Notes: a model not told the origin generated them from the sequence alone. 64,000 nucleotides of DNA from Alphaproteobacteria bacterium (GCA_018654745.1 JABILA010000092.1:1729-65728), one strand, 5' to 3'. Positions 49,302 to 59,134 are shown, counted from the stretch's first letter. Program-made: numbers and translations.

Positions 49302-50615
49302 ATGACCGACATTCCAGCCGGTTCACAAAACCCACTCGACGACCTGGTTCGGGAAAACCCGATCAAGGTCAGTCACAAACTCGTCTGGGCTGTGATGATC
49401 TTGCTGGCCTCCTCCGTTGCCTGGTCCTATTTTATTACATTGCCGGAGTATGCAGTCGCAATTGGGTCAATCGTCCCGCAAAGCCAGATCAAGATTGTGC
49501 AGCACCTGGAAGGTGGCATCGTTCAGGAGATATTTGTTGTTGACGGTGATTCCGTACGCAAAGGCGACCCCTTAATTCAACTTAAACTGGGAAGTTCCGG
49601 CTTGAACCGGGAAGACCTCCAGGTTCGCCTCGACGGTTTCATATTAACCCGCGCTCGTTTGACAGCTGAATCCAAAGGACGTGACATGATCATGCCCAAG
49701 GAAGAATCAGAACGTCACCCTGAACTGGCATCTTCAGAACTGAACCAGCTTGATTCCAGACGTAGCGAGCTTGACAGTACCATGACCGTGCAAAAGCGCC
49801 AGGTTGAGCAAGCAAAACTTGCCATCAAGGCGCTTACAACACAGAAATCAACATTGGAAAAAGACCTGGGGGTCTCAAAGAAAAAACTGGCTACATCTGC
49901 CAGTTTGCTTGCGATCCGCCTGGTGACCAAGACGTCCCATCAGGAACTGGAAAGCGCTGTGATCCAATTGCAGGGCCAGGTGGATTCCATCGGCGTGGAA
50001 ATTCCCAAAGCTCGCTCTGCCCTGCAGGAATCAAAGGATCGAGTTACCGAATTAACACTCAAATTCCGGCGTGAAGCAGCCGGTCAAATGAGTGAATTGC
50101 AGCAAAAAATTGCCAATGTCCGGCAATTGATTTCGCAAGCCAGTGAACAACGTTTGCGGACAGAAATTGTCAGCCCGATTGATGGCGTCATCAAAAATCT
50201 GGCTTTCAATACTGTTGGTGGTGTGGTCAAAGCCGGTGAGCCGATTATGCAAGTCGTGCCAACCGAAGCGACACTGGTAATCGAAGTTCACCTGGCGCCC
50301 GAAGACAGGGGCTATGTCAAGGTCGGTCAGAAGGCATTGGTAAAAGTAACAAGTTACGACTTCATCAGATACGGTGGACTTGACGGCCATGTAACTCAAA
50401 TTTCGCCAGACAGTGATCTTGATGAACAGGGCTCCCCCTATTTCCTCGTCAAAGTGGCGACCGACAGATCCTATCTGGGCACCAAAGAAGGTGACCTTCC
50501 GATTACTCCCGGCATGCAGGCGAGCGTTGACATCAAGACCGGCGACAAATCCGTCATGGAATATTTGATCCGCCCGGTATTAAAGATCCGCTACGAAGCC
50601 TTCCACGAACGCTGA
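49302..50615 (+). CDS. HlyD-family type I secretion membrane fusion protein
   Basis: N-terminal TM, VQHLEGGIV, coiled coil, IVSPIDG, TVGGVV..GE.IMQVVP, YDFIRYG, PGMQASVDI.TG. Confidence 0.94.
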   Translation: MTDIPAGSQNPLDDLVRENPIKVSHKLVWAVMILLASSVAWSYFITLPEYAVAIGSIVPQSQIKIVQHLEGGIVQEIFVVDGDSVRKGDPLIQLKLGSSGLNREDLQVRLDGFILTRARLTAESKGRDMIMPKEESERHPELASSELNQLDSRRSELDSTMTVQKRQVEQAKLAIKALTTQKSTLEKDLGVSKKKLATSASLLAIRLVTKTSHQELESAVIQLQGQVDSIGVEIPKARSALQESKDRVTELTLKFRREAAGQMSELQQKIANVRQLISQASEQRLRTEIVSPIDGVIKNLAFNTVGGVVKAGEPIMQVVPTEATLVIEVHLAPEDRGYVKVGQKALVKVTSYDFIRYGGLDGHVTQISPDSDLDEQGSPYFLVKVATDRSYLGTKEGDLPITPGMQASVDIKTGDKSVMEYLIRPVLKIRYEAFHER

Positions 50616-50726
50616 TTTGCCAATCTGCCGATACTAGTAATATCGTGCACTTGGTTGCAATTGCCTTCAACTCATTCAGTGCTAAATTGAACACTCCTTT
50701 GACCCAAGTCCGGGAGTATTCAAACT

Positions 50727-51308
50727 GTGTCCATTTTACCAGACCATGAAATCCGTCGTCTCGCGGTAGAGCAAGAGATGATTGCGCCGTTCAGCGAAAC
50801 CCTGAAACAGGAAGGCGTGATATCACATGGACTTTCTTCTTTTGGCTATGATTCGCGGGTTGCACCTGAGTTCAAGATATTCACCAACCCCGGTGGCGTG
50901 TTGATTGACCCCAAGAACTTTGATGATAGTTGCCTGGTCACAAAGGTCTCTGAAGACGCTATCGTTTTGCCCGCCAATTCCTTTGCTCTGGCCCGTACCG
51001 TCGAATATTTCAAAATACCGGACGATATCCTGGTTATTTGCCTCGGCAAATCAAGCTATGCAAGGTGTGGTATTATCGTCAATGTGACGCCGCTTGAACC
51101 GGGCTGGGAAGGTCATGTCACTTTGGAATTTTCCAATACGACGCCAACAGATGCCCTGATCTATCCGAATGAAGGAGCCTGTCAGTTTCTGTTTTTCCGT
51201 GGCGAAAGTGCCTGCGAAGTGACCTACGCTATGCGGGGTGGCAAATACCAGGGGCAAACAGGCATCACCCTGCCTCGTATCAAAAAAACAATCGACGCAG
51301 CAGAATAA
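50727..51308 (+). CDS. dcd: dCTP deaminase
   Basis: [38 protein letters not shown]; GTG start. Confidence 0.94.
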   Translation: MSILPDHEIRRLAVEQEMIAPFSETLKQEGVISHGLSSFGYDSRVAPEFKIFTNPGGVLIDPKNFDDSCLVTKVSEDAIVLPANSFALARTVEYFKIPDDILVICLGKSSYARCGIIVNVTPLEPGWEGHVTLEFSNTTPTDALIYPNEGACQFLFFRGESACEVTYAMRGGKYQGQTGITLPRIKKTIDAAE

Positions 51309-51315
51309 CCAGATT

Positions 51316-53688
51316 CTATTTCGACGTTGCGACGAAGACGCCGTCCCAGTCGGCAGCCGGGGGTGTGGCTTCGTAATCGCTGATACGTTCATCATACATG
51401 TCGTAGAGCACGTCCAGTGGCTTTTCGAGGAAGTCGTCCAGTTCGCGGCACTCGACGACCAGGGTGCGAGCCTCGGTCCATTGCTGGCCACGATAGGCTT
51501 CGAGCATCGCGGCATTCTTTGTCGCAAGGGCTTTGAACGCTGGCGTTTCAGCCATGTCCGGGCGACCCTGCAAACAGTAGATGTGTACGCCTTCTGTTTT
51601 GCCTTTGACCGCAATGAAATCCATTTCCAGCATCGCGTAACCGGGTGCACCCTTATATGTCTCATTACCGATGACGATACCGACGCCGTAGTTCTTTGAC
51701 TGGCTCTCCAGGCGCGCACCCAGGTTGATCGTATCGCCCAGCACTGAATAATCGAACCGCTGGCTGGAACCCATGTTGCCGACGCAGGCCTCTCCGGAAT
51801 TCAGGCCGATGCCGATGATGATCGGCAGGAAAAACTCGCCCGCCGCATCGCGTTCAGCCTTGATATCGGCATTCAGACCTTCCAGGGCCGAGAACATGGC
51901 CAGGGCCGAATCGCATGCATGTGTGACATGATCTGCATCATCCAAAGGCGCATTCCAGAATGCCATGATGCAGTCGCCCATGTATTTGTCGATGGTGCCC
52001 TGGCGAGCCAGAATCATATCCGTCATCGGCGTCAGGAAGCGGTTGATAAGATTGGTAAGCCCTTGTGGATCTGTCTTGAACTGTTCCGAGATGGCCGTAA
52101 AACCACGGATGTCAGCGAACAGCACCGTCATATCCCTCATCTCACCACCCAACGTTAATCGCTCAGGTTCGTCGGCGAGTTGCTCGACCAGGGCTGGCGA
52201 CAAGTACTGCGCAAAAGCACCACGGACCTGTTTCCGTTCGGCAGCAGACTTGGCGTAACTGGAGTAGGTTAGAAACGTATAAAGAATAAAGGTCGATGCC
52301 GCCGGATAGGTCGCATCAATGAGGTTCAAATTGGCTTTTTCTCCCCAGGTAAACAGCCCGAAAACATTGCCGGAATATTCCCACCAGGAATAACCAACCA
52401 TAGCTGTAATCAAACCAAATACGAGAACCGCAGTGAATGCCGCACCCAGATTAGGCACCAGCCAAATCATCAGCAATCCACAAAACAGGGCAACAACAAG
52501 CTCATTCCCCAAAGAATTGACCGGTCGCTTGAGATAGCTGTGTGCGAGAATCGTCTCGAGAAGATTGGCGTGCACCTCTACACCCGGCAGGGCATCATCA
52601 ATAGGGCTGGTTCGAATATCTTTCAAACCCTCTGCACTGGTGCCGAACAAGATTGCTCGGCCACGAACACGCTCTTTGTCAAAAGTACCATTAAAAACAT
52701 CTACAGCAGGAATATAGAGGCCGGGGTCATAAGGTCGAAAATGCACGGGAACTCGCCCCAAACCGTCAGTGGGTATTACAAAGTTCTTGGGCTTGCTTCG
52801 TAATTTGATCTTGGCCAGACCAACCAATCCTGATTTTGGATGCGCTGCCTCCGCGATGTATCCTTTCTGTCCATAGGCAAGGCGCAACATCTCCAATGTA
52901 AGCGATGGGTACAATTTCTTTCCGACTTGCAAAACCATGGATACACGTCGAACAATGCCATCACCTTCCGGATTAATAGTCACCATGCCGTGACCTCTGG
53001 CGGCTTCAGACAAGATTTTCGTGTTGCCCGTCAACCCATTGAAATTTTCCAGCAACTCCTTCGGATCACCATTTAGTTCTGCGTAACGTGTAGGTTTTGG
53101 TAATTCTGCCCGTCCCGCAATAACTTCATGAATAGCGGCTTGTCCCAGCACTGTATTTGTCTGGCGCAAAACGTTCGCAAATATTTCGTCGTTATTTGGC
53201 ATTTTTGCCAATGCCGCCGCGACATTTTTCGGCATATGAGGCATTGATTGGGCATACAGATTTGGCGACAAACGGTCTGGTTCAGTAAAGAATACGTCAA
53301 ACCCGATAACAGCAGCACCGGCATTCGCCAGGTTAACGACGATCTGGGCAATAATATTTCTCGGCCAGGGCCACTGGCCCAGTTCTGTCAGTGATTTTTC
53401 GTCAAGATCGACAATTGAAACGGGATCCCCTGTTTTTACTCGCGGTTTTAGTCGCTGATAAAGATCAAATGTCTTCACCCTCAGCGGCTCAATTGGGGGT
53501 AGGTCCAGCGTCCTCACTACGCCCAATGAAAGCAACAAAGCTATTGCAATCAAGCGACTTGGGCTGAACCAGGATTTGAAACGCTGACGCCAGGTTCGGC
53601 GTTTGCGGTTGTGCCATTTTTCCAGCAGACGCGCCCCAAAACCGGGACCATCATCGGTTTCACTACTTCGCACTGTCGTATCAGCCAT
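51316..53688 (-). CDS. CHASE2-domain class III adenylate cyclase
   Basis: TM, CHASE2 (VDLDE.SL..LGQWPWPR, GFDVFF.EPDR, PGVEVHA), three TMs, catalytic LFADIRGFT, IDKYMGD, FDYSVLGD..NL.ARLE (K/D pair typical of ATP specificity). Likely start ATG 53688. Confidence 0.92.
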   Translation of the reverse strand: MADTTVRSSETDDGPGFGARLLEKWHNRKRRTWRQRFKSWFSPSRLIAIALLLSLGVVRTLDLPPIEPLRVKTFDLYQRLKPRVKTGDPVSIVDLDEKSLTELGQWPWPRNIIAQIVVNLANAGAAVIGFDVFFTEPDRLSPNLYAQSMPHMPKNVAAALAKMPNNDEIFANVLRQTNTVLGQAAIHEVIAGRAELPKPTRYAELNGDPKELLENFNGLTGNTKILSEAARGHGMVTINPEGDGIVRRVSMVLQVGKKLYPSLTLEMLRLAYGQKGYIAEAAHPKSGLVGLAKIKLRSKPKNFVIPTDGLGRVPVHFRPYDPGLYIPAVDVFNGTFDKERVRGRAILFGTSAEGLKDIRTSPIDDALPGVEVHANLLETILAHSYLKRPVNSLGNELVVALFCGLLMIWLVPNLGAAFTAVLVFGLITAMVGYSWWEYSGNVFGLFTWGEKANLNLIDATYPAASTFILYTFLTYSSYAKSAAERKQVRGAFAQYLSPALVEQLADEPERLTLGGEMRDMTVLFADIRGFTAISEQFKTDPQGLTNLINRFLTPMTDMILARQGTIDKYMGDCIMAFWNAPLDDADHVTHACDSALAMFSALEGLNADIKAERDAAGEFFLPIIIGIGLNSGEACVGNMGSSQRFDYSVLGDTINLGARLESQSKNYGVGIVIGNETYKGAPGYAMLEMDFIAVKGKTEGVHIYCLQGRPDMAETPAFKALATKNAAMLEAYRGQQWTEARTLVVECRELDDFLEKPLDVLYDMYDERISDYEATPPAADWDGVFVATSK

Positions 53689-53923
53689 ATTTCCCCCGGC
53701 CAGACGAGCCAATCTTTGGCAAACAGCATAGCACAGTGCGCTGAAATTCCACAAAAATTCCTGAATCCGCCAAAAAACATCTAAAGACAAGGCTGTCAAA
53801 GACGATGTATAGTCCAGGAGCGGAACTAAGGGTTATTTGTATGGTGAATAAAAACCAGGCTCCGCGCAGATCTGCGCCATTTGGCCTTCCTGTAAAAGGG
53901 GAGGACTGGTGGGGTATGCCTTG

Positions 53924-53943
53924 TTGCCATTGTCGAATGGCAA
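53924..53943. promoter_or_regulatory. Perfect 8-4-8 inverted repeat between the cyclase and TolC genes
   Basis: TTGCCATT-GTCG-AATGGCAA, extendable by GCC/GGC with a bulge. Confidence 0.35.
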
Positions 53944-54034
53944 GGCAGCTGAACGACGTGTGTGCAAGTATTCCAGGTCTCTCGAGGCCAATCAATTTGA
54001 TACGGGAACCAGTTTGATTGTAAGGCGCTACAGG

Positions 54035-56071
54035 GTGGAACAGTTAAAGGCGGCAGCTTTGAGAGTTGCAGCGCGTTTTCACACGCCTGTACACCTTGTT
54101 GCCGCATTTGCATTTGTTGTTGGTACCTTCAGTTACGTTCCGCAGGCCACGGCTGCAAATTTGAAAGAGGAATTGTTACTGTTATTGCAACAACACCCAC
54201 AGCTGAAGGCAGGCAAAGATAATGTCGCGGCAGCAAGCGAAGGTGTTAACTTTGCAAGTTCTCTGTTCCTGCCAACAGTCAGCTTGAACGGTGATAGCGG
54301 TTACAAGATAATTGACAATCCGACGAGCCGCGCTGCCGGTAAAAATTTCGGCCGGGGTTTTGAAAAACTGACCCTGACAGTCACACAGAATATTTTCGAT
54401 GGTAGCCGCAAGAACCATGACAAGAACACGGCTGAACTGAACCAGGAAGCTGTTGCAGGTTCTTTCGAAGAAACCCGGCAATCGCTTTTGTTGCAAGCTG
54501 CGAACATCTATGTCGATGTCTTGCGCCAAATAGCGCTCACACGCCTTGCCCGGAAAAGTGAATCGGCCATCGCCTTTCAGCTGGACCTTGAAGACGAACG
54601 CGTCAAACGTGGTGGCGGTACAGCGGTTGATGTCCTGTTATCGAAAACACGGCTTCAGCGTTCGAAAGAGCAACGGATTGTATTTGAGGGCAATTTGCGA
54701 GATGCGGTTACCAGGTACACACAACTGTTCGGACATCCGCCCGATCTGAAAACTCTTGAAACACCAAAGCTTGATTATGTGCTTGTCCCAACTGATATCG
54801 ATGCCGCCGTTTCGGCTGCACTTGCGGCGAACCCACTGATCGCCAACAGCAATCGCCAGATTGACATTGCGCGCATGCGACAGAGGTCGGCACAATCTGA
54901 CTATTTCCCTCGTGTCGATGTTGTTGGGTCTGCCAACTATGAAGACGACCGTGAAGGCACTGTAGGAAACCGTCGGGATTATTCGGTTACATTGCAGGCA
55001 ACCTGGAATCTGTTTTCCGGTTTTTCAACTCGTTCCTCGGTTGCTGAAGCGGCCCATAGCTATTCTGCTACTATTAACAATCACTTGTTCGTTAACCGGC
55101 GCATCGAAGAAGAAGTGCGACTGGCCTGGCAAAGTATGCTGACTGCCTGCGATCGCAGATTATTGCTGGTTAATGCCGTGCTGATCTCTGCCGAGGTTCA
55201 TGCCTCCAGGGTGCGCCTGCAGGAAGCTGGCCAGGAAACAACAATCAACGTGCTGGACGCCGAAGGAGAAGTCTTCAACGCTGAGATCAACGAAGTAGCA
55301 GCCGTTTATGACGAGGTGTTGGCCATTTACCGGCTGGCATCAGCACAGGGCTTGAACCTTGTCGATATTCTGGACCTGGAATATTCGCCTGAGGTCAATG
55401 CCAAAGCCAAAGAACATTACGAAGACCGTTGCATAGGCAGACTTCAAACCGTCGCTCATCGAACAACAGAAGATGCTGCTCAAAAAGGCGCCGCGAATCC
55501 ATTCGGAACACCTGCCAAAGGCGAAGACGGCGACGAAGCTGCAAACCCCTTTGCTGCACCGGCGGAAGAAGATGGCGAAGACGATGAAGACGAGAATAGT
55601 GATGAAAAGGCGGCAAATCCATTTGCCGCACCTTCAAATGAAGATGAAAGTGAAGAAGCAGAAGATGGCGCATCCGCTAATCCATTTGCGGCAAAAAGCC
55701 AGGATGATGTCGAAACAGAAGATGATGGCGAAGCTTCCACTTCCAATCCATTTGCTGAAAAGAGCGGGGACGATGAAAATGGTACGGATGACGATGACGG
55801 CCTGTCTTTGAAAAAGAAGACCGATGTACTGAAGAAAAGTTCAATCGAAGATGAAATTGAAGAAGATGATGACGACAGCATAAGTCGCAACAATCCTGTG
55901 GATGACGAAGAGAGTGAAAACGAAGCGGTAAGGGAACTTGAGACCGAAGAAGATGACGAACCTGTTACGGACGACAAGGTTTCGACACTGGTCCTGCCCC
56001 AATCACAAAAAACGGCAACAGAAAAGACTGATACCGAATGGGACGACGACTTAAAGAAAACGACGCAATAA
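54035..56071 (+). CDS. TolC-family outer membrane channel with long acidic C-terminal extension
   Basis: Two OEP repeats (LFLPTVSLNG...QNIFDG; YFPRVDV...WNLFSG; TTINVLDAE). Start uncertain (GTG 54035 gives a plausible signal peptide ending QATA; the ORF opens at 53909). Confidence 0.88.
   Translation: MEQLKAAALRVAARFHTPVHLVAAFAFVVGTFSYVPQATAANLKEELLLLLQQHPQLKAGKDNVAAASEGVNFASSLFLPTVSLNGDSGYKIIDNPTSRAAGKNFGRGFEKLTLTVTQNIFDGSRKNHDKNTAELNQEAVAGSFEETRQSLLLQAANIYVDVLRQIALTRLARKSESAIAFQLDLEDERVKRGGGTAVDVLLSKTRLQRSKEQRIVFEGNLRDAVTRYTQLFGHPPDLKTLETPKLDYVLVPTDIDAAVSAALAANPLIANSNRQIDIARMRQRSAQSDYFPRVDVVGSANYEDDREGTVGNRRDYSVTLQATWNLFSGFSTRSSVAEAAHSYSATINNHLFVNRRIEEEVRLAWQSMLTACDRRLLLVNAVLISAEVHASRVRLQEAGQETTINVLDAEGEVFNAEINEVAAVYDEVLAIYRLASAQGLNLVDILDLEYSPEVNAKAKEHYEDRCIGRLQTVAHRTTEDAAQKGAANPFGTPAKGEDGDEAANPFAAPAEEDGEDDEDENSDEKAANPFAAPSNEDESEEAEDGASANPFAAKSQDDVETEDDGEASTSNPFAEKSGDDENGTDDDDGLSLKKKTDVLKKSSIEDEIEEDDDDSISRNNPVDDEESENEAVRELETEEDDEPVTDDKVSTLVLPQSQKTATEKTDTEWDDDLKKTTQ
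55487..55760 (+). repeat. Five xxNPF motifs separated by Asp/Glu-rich spacers in the TolC tail
   Basis: AANPFG, AANPFAA, AANPFAA, SANPFAA, TSNPFAE, spaced about 15-25 aa apart by D/E runs. Confidence 0.9.
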
Positions 56072-56112
56072 ACCTTTGTGCTGCCCGACCATTCAGGTGG
56101 CGGACGGTACTG

Positions 56113-56913
56113 ATGACTGTTGGCACGTTTGTACTGATCCTGTCAGGCGGTCTAACTGCATCTGATATCGCACTTGCCGCTTCCGCGAAAGTTGGGGAAA
56201 CTTTCAAGGATTGTAAAAAGTGCCCGAAGATGGTCGTCATTCCTGGTGGAAAATTCTTGATGGGGGACGACAAGGGAAAAAAGAACCAGCGCCCGGCACA
56301 TGAAGTTACTATCAAGGGCCCCCTGGCGATCAGCATCTACGAAGTCACATGGATTGAATGGCAAGCCTGCAAAAAAGCAGGAGCTTGTAAACGCGATCTG
56401 GACAGCCACAAATGGGGCAAAGGCAAGCGGCCCGTAATTAATATGTCATGGAACGAGACGCAGGATTACACCAAATGGTTGGCAAAAAAAACCGGCCGCC
56501 CTTATCGTCTGCTGAGTGAGGCTGAATGGGAATATGCGGCACGAGCTGGATCAACAACAGCCTATTGGTGGGGTGACAAGCTCAAGAAAAAATATGCCAA
56601 TTGCCGTAAATGTGGCACGAAATGGAGCGGCAAAAAGTCTGCACCTGTAGGATCGTTCAAACCGAACCAATGGGGTATTTACGATATGCACGCAAATATC
56701 TGGGAATGGACCCTGGACTGTCACAACAAAACCCACGCCTTTGCACCAAAGAATCAGACACCACGTACAGACGGGAACTGCGATCGTCGCACAGTACGCG
56801 GCGGGTCCTGGTACTATTTCCCACAAATCGCCAAATCAGTTTCAAGAGACAGTCATCCACAGCATTTGTGGAGCTATAACATCGGCATTCGTCTGGGACT
56901 GCCGCTTTATTGA
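56113..56913 (+). CDS. Exported formylglycine-generating-enzyme (SUMF1/FGE-sulfatase) domain protein, probably non-catalytic
   Basis: Signal peptide; F.DC..CP.MVVIPGG.F.MG, YEVT..EW, RPVINMSW, RLLSEAEWEYAARAG, VGSF.PN.WG.YDM.AN.WEW, RGGSW. Likely start ATG 56113. Confidence 0.87.
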   Translation: MTVGTFVLILSGGLTASDIALAASAKVGETFKDCKKCPKMVVIPGGKFLMGDDKGKKNQRPAHEVTIKGPLAISIYEVTWIEWQACKKAGACKRDLDSHKWGKGKRPVINMSWNETQDYTKWLAKKTGRPYRLLSEAEWEYAARAGSTTAYWWGDKLKKKYANCRKCGTKWSGKKSAPVGSFKPNQWGIYDMHANIWEWTLDCHNKTHAFAPKNQTPRTDGNCDRRTVRGGSWYYFPQIAKSVSRDSHPQHLWSYNIGIRLGLPLY

Positions 56914-56944
56914 AGAATTTGAGCGCTTCCGGGTTTAGCCTGGC

Positions 56945-59134
56945 TCAGGCCTCGGGGGGCACCGAAAAATGTGCCCAGCGCTCACGACCGCCCCGATTTT
57001 CAATGTAATTAACCAGGGCTGCCACAGGCCGGCGGCTGAATTCCTTGCCCCCAAGGCCAACGAGAATGCCACAAGCCTTTTCGAATTCCATGCCGGCACG
57101 GTAAGGCCGGGCACTGGCCATACCGACAAATGCATTGGCAACGGCAACAATACAGGCGCTGATCTCCAGGTCTTCTCCCAACATGCCCTTGGGTCCGGAA
57201 CCATCCCATTTTTCCTGCACTTGACGGATGGTATCCACAACGGGTCCATCAAAATCAACTTCCTGCAACAGATCAGCACTGACCTGGACACTGTCACGCA
57301 CAATTTGCATTTCTTCGTCGGTCAAGGCACCTTCCTTGGAGAGGATTTCAACTGGTACCAGGGTCTTGCCAAGATTCATCAGCTTTCCGGAAATACCGGA
57401 CGTTTGAACGGCCTGATCTTCCAGTTCCATCTCCTTGGCAATACATTCAGCCACATCAGAAACACGCAAGGCATGATCTGCCGTAAAAGGGTCACGCCGC
57501 CCGACGACGGTCAGCAATGTAGACACCAATTGATTCATTATCAGGCTACGTCGTTCGCGTTGCTCAACCAGTTCGCTGATGTCATCCAGAATCATCAGAC
57601 AGCCAGGCGGGAAGTCTCGATCTGGTCGCAATGGTATGTGATAGGACCGGATAATATGGCGACCGCGTTCGTCCTCAAATGTCTTCTCGTTCGATACACG
57701 TCCGTCACCCGCCAGGATTTCTTCACGATTGCGAATGATCTCGGCGTTATAATCGAGAAAATATTTACCCTTTATCGGACCGATCACACTGGACAGGGAT
57801 TTCCCCAGCATTTCTTCATGGGTGATCCCAGTGCCAACCGACGCCTGGTAATTGGCGAAAGTGATTACACCGGCATCTGTTACCGCCATGATTGATGTTG
57901 GCTGACCATCCGTTACAACTTTCAGGAATTTTGACAAGTTGCCAAATCGTTCAGCAGCAATCCTGAACCCTTCTGCAGCTTCTGCAGCCCGGATACTTGT
58001 GCCGTGTCGCCAGACCGCAATCAAGGTGACAGCCATGCCGCCAATCAGCATCAGGAATACGACCAGCATTGTCGTCAGGCGTGTATCCGTATCTGCGAGG
58101 GCTTCTGCCGTTGTGACTTTGCGAACCAATGTCCATGGAACAGCGGTTAATGGTCGCCCCGTGACCAGGACTTCAGCCCCGTCATAGTCGCGCTTGATAC
58201 CAAAGCCACCCGCTGTATCCAGAACAAATGCGGATGCCAGATCAGGTGTATTCAGGGCAAGACGACGCTTAAGAGGCCTCGTTCCATCCTTGAGAGGTGA
58301 GACATATTCAACATTCGGCTTAGCTGACCTGACCAAGTAGGTTTCCGCGGTTTGCTCAATTTCACCCGGCTGTTCGAGATTTTCAAAAAGATCATCGCCA
58401 ACGATCCGAACGCCGATAATCAAGCCAATAAAGTCACTGCCACCGCTGCCGCCCTGCACCGCATATACCGGTGTAATAAAGGCCATGGTCGGCAACCCGG
58501 TCAGGCCAACGTAGATATCAACAAATCCAGGATCGCCCTCGGACATGGCAGCTACAGCTGCCCTGAGCCTTCCGGTAATGGGTGGCATGGCGGGTGTTGC
58601 AACCAGCGTCTCGCCATTTTCATCGGTCAATGCCAATCCGGCAACACCGGCCTTTTCGACATTGGCACTGACTTCACCAGCAGACGTGGGAGCTGAAAAT
58701 CCGGCGCGATCTGCTGATGCGACCAGCAAATTACGCAAATAACCTGCCTGGGCCGGCTCGTCCGTTATCTGGCTGCGATCCCCCTCGCTCAGCATCAATT
58801 CAGTCATATAAAGCTGCAGCGACGCATTTTCGGACATCTCACGCAGTACCGAATATTGCGCATCTACCCACTCGGTAACCGCAGCAGCCCGGCTATCTGC
58901 AACGATCCCGAGGCGTACTTGCCAAGCCTGGTGATCACGAGCACGCTCGCTTTCGATAAACCAGAAAACGCCCGCAACGCCGCCAATGGCCAAAGCAACA
59001 AGAACAATTGCTGTGATCAGCACAACCTTGTTAACGCCCCGTTTGACGGTTTCTTTCTCGACGCCACCACCACCGGAAGCTTGTTCAGGTTCGCTTTTTT
59101 CTGTCGCTGTCTCTGTGTCGTTTTCGTCGGTCAT
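56945..59134 (-). CDS. Inner-membrane protein: periplasmic Cache-like sensor, PAS-like domain and degenerate HD-GYP domain
   Basis: TM1 (VVLITAIVLVALAIGGVAGVFWFI), about 300-aa periplasmic region, TM2, PAS-like segment (ITFANYQA), HD-GYP fold (RDPFTADH..RV, ILSKEG.LT.EE, WDGSGP.G..GE, RPYR) with HD changed to MN. Likely start ATG 59134. Confidence 0.85.
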   Translation of the reverse strand: MTDENDTETATEKSEPEQASGGGGVEKETVKRGVNKVVLITAIVLVALAIGGVAGVFWFIESERARDHQAWQVRLGIVADSRAAAVTEWVDAQYSVLREMSENASLQLYMTELMLSEGDRSQITDEPAQAGYLRNLLVASADRAGFSAPTSAGEVSANVEKAGVAGLALTDENGETLVATPAMPPITGRLRAAVAAMSEGDPGFVDIYVGLTGLPTMAFITPVYAVQGGSGGSDFIGLIIGVRIVGDDLFENLEQPGEIEQTAETYLVRSAKPNVEYVSPLKDGTRPLKRRLALNTPDLASAFVLDTAGGFGIKRDYDGAEVLVTGRPLTAVPWTLVRKVTTAEALADTDTRLTTMLVVFLMLIGGMAVTLIAVWRHGTSIRAAEAAEGFRIAAERFGNLSKFLKVVTDGQPTSIMAVTDAGVITFANYQASVGTGITHEEMLGKSLSSVIGPIKGKYFLDYNAEIIRNREEILAGDGRVSNEKTFEDERGRHIIRSYHIPLRPDRDFPPGCLMILDDISELVEQRERRSLIMNQLVSTLLTVVGRRDPFTADHALRVSDVAECIAKEMELEDQAVQTSGISGKLMNLGKTLVPVEILSKEGALTDEEMQIVRDSVQVSADLLQEVDFDGPVVDTIRQVQEKWDGSGPKGMLGEDLEISACIVAVANAFVGMASARPYRAGMEFEKACGILVGLGGKEFSRRPVAALVNYIENRGGRERWAHFSVPPEA

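Noticed and set aside
55480-55977. Ser-rich 165-aa minus-strand ORF with repeated AANGF
   Set aside because: It is the mirror image of the Asp/Glu- and NPF-rich TolC tail (GAA/GAT codons read as Ser/Phe/Ile), not an independent gene.
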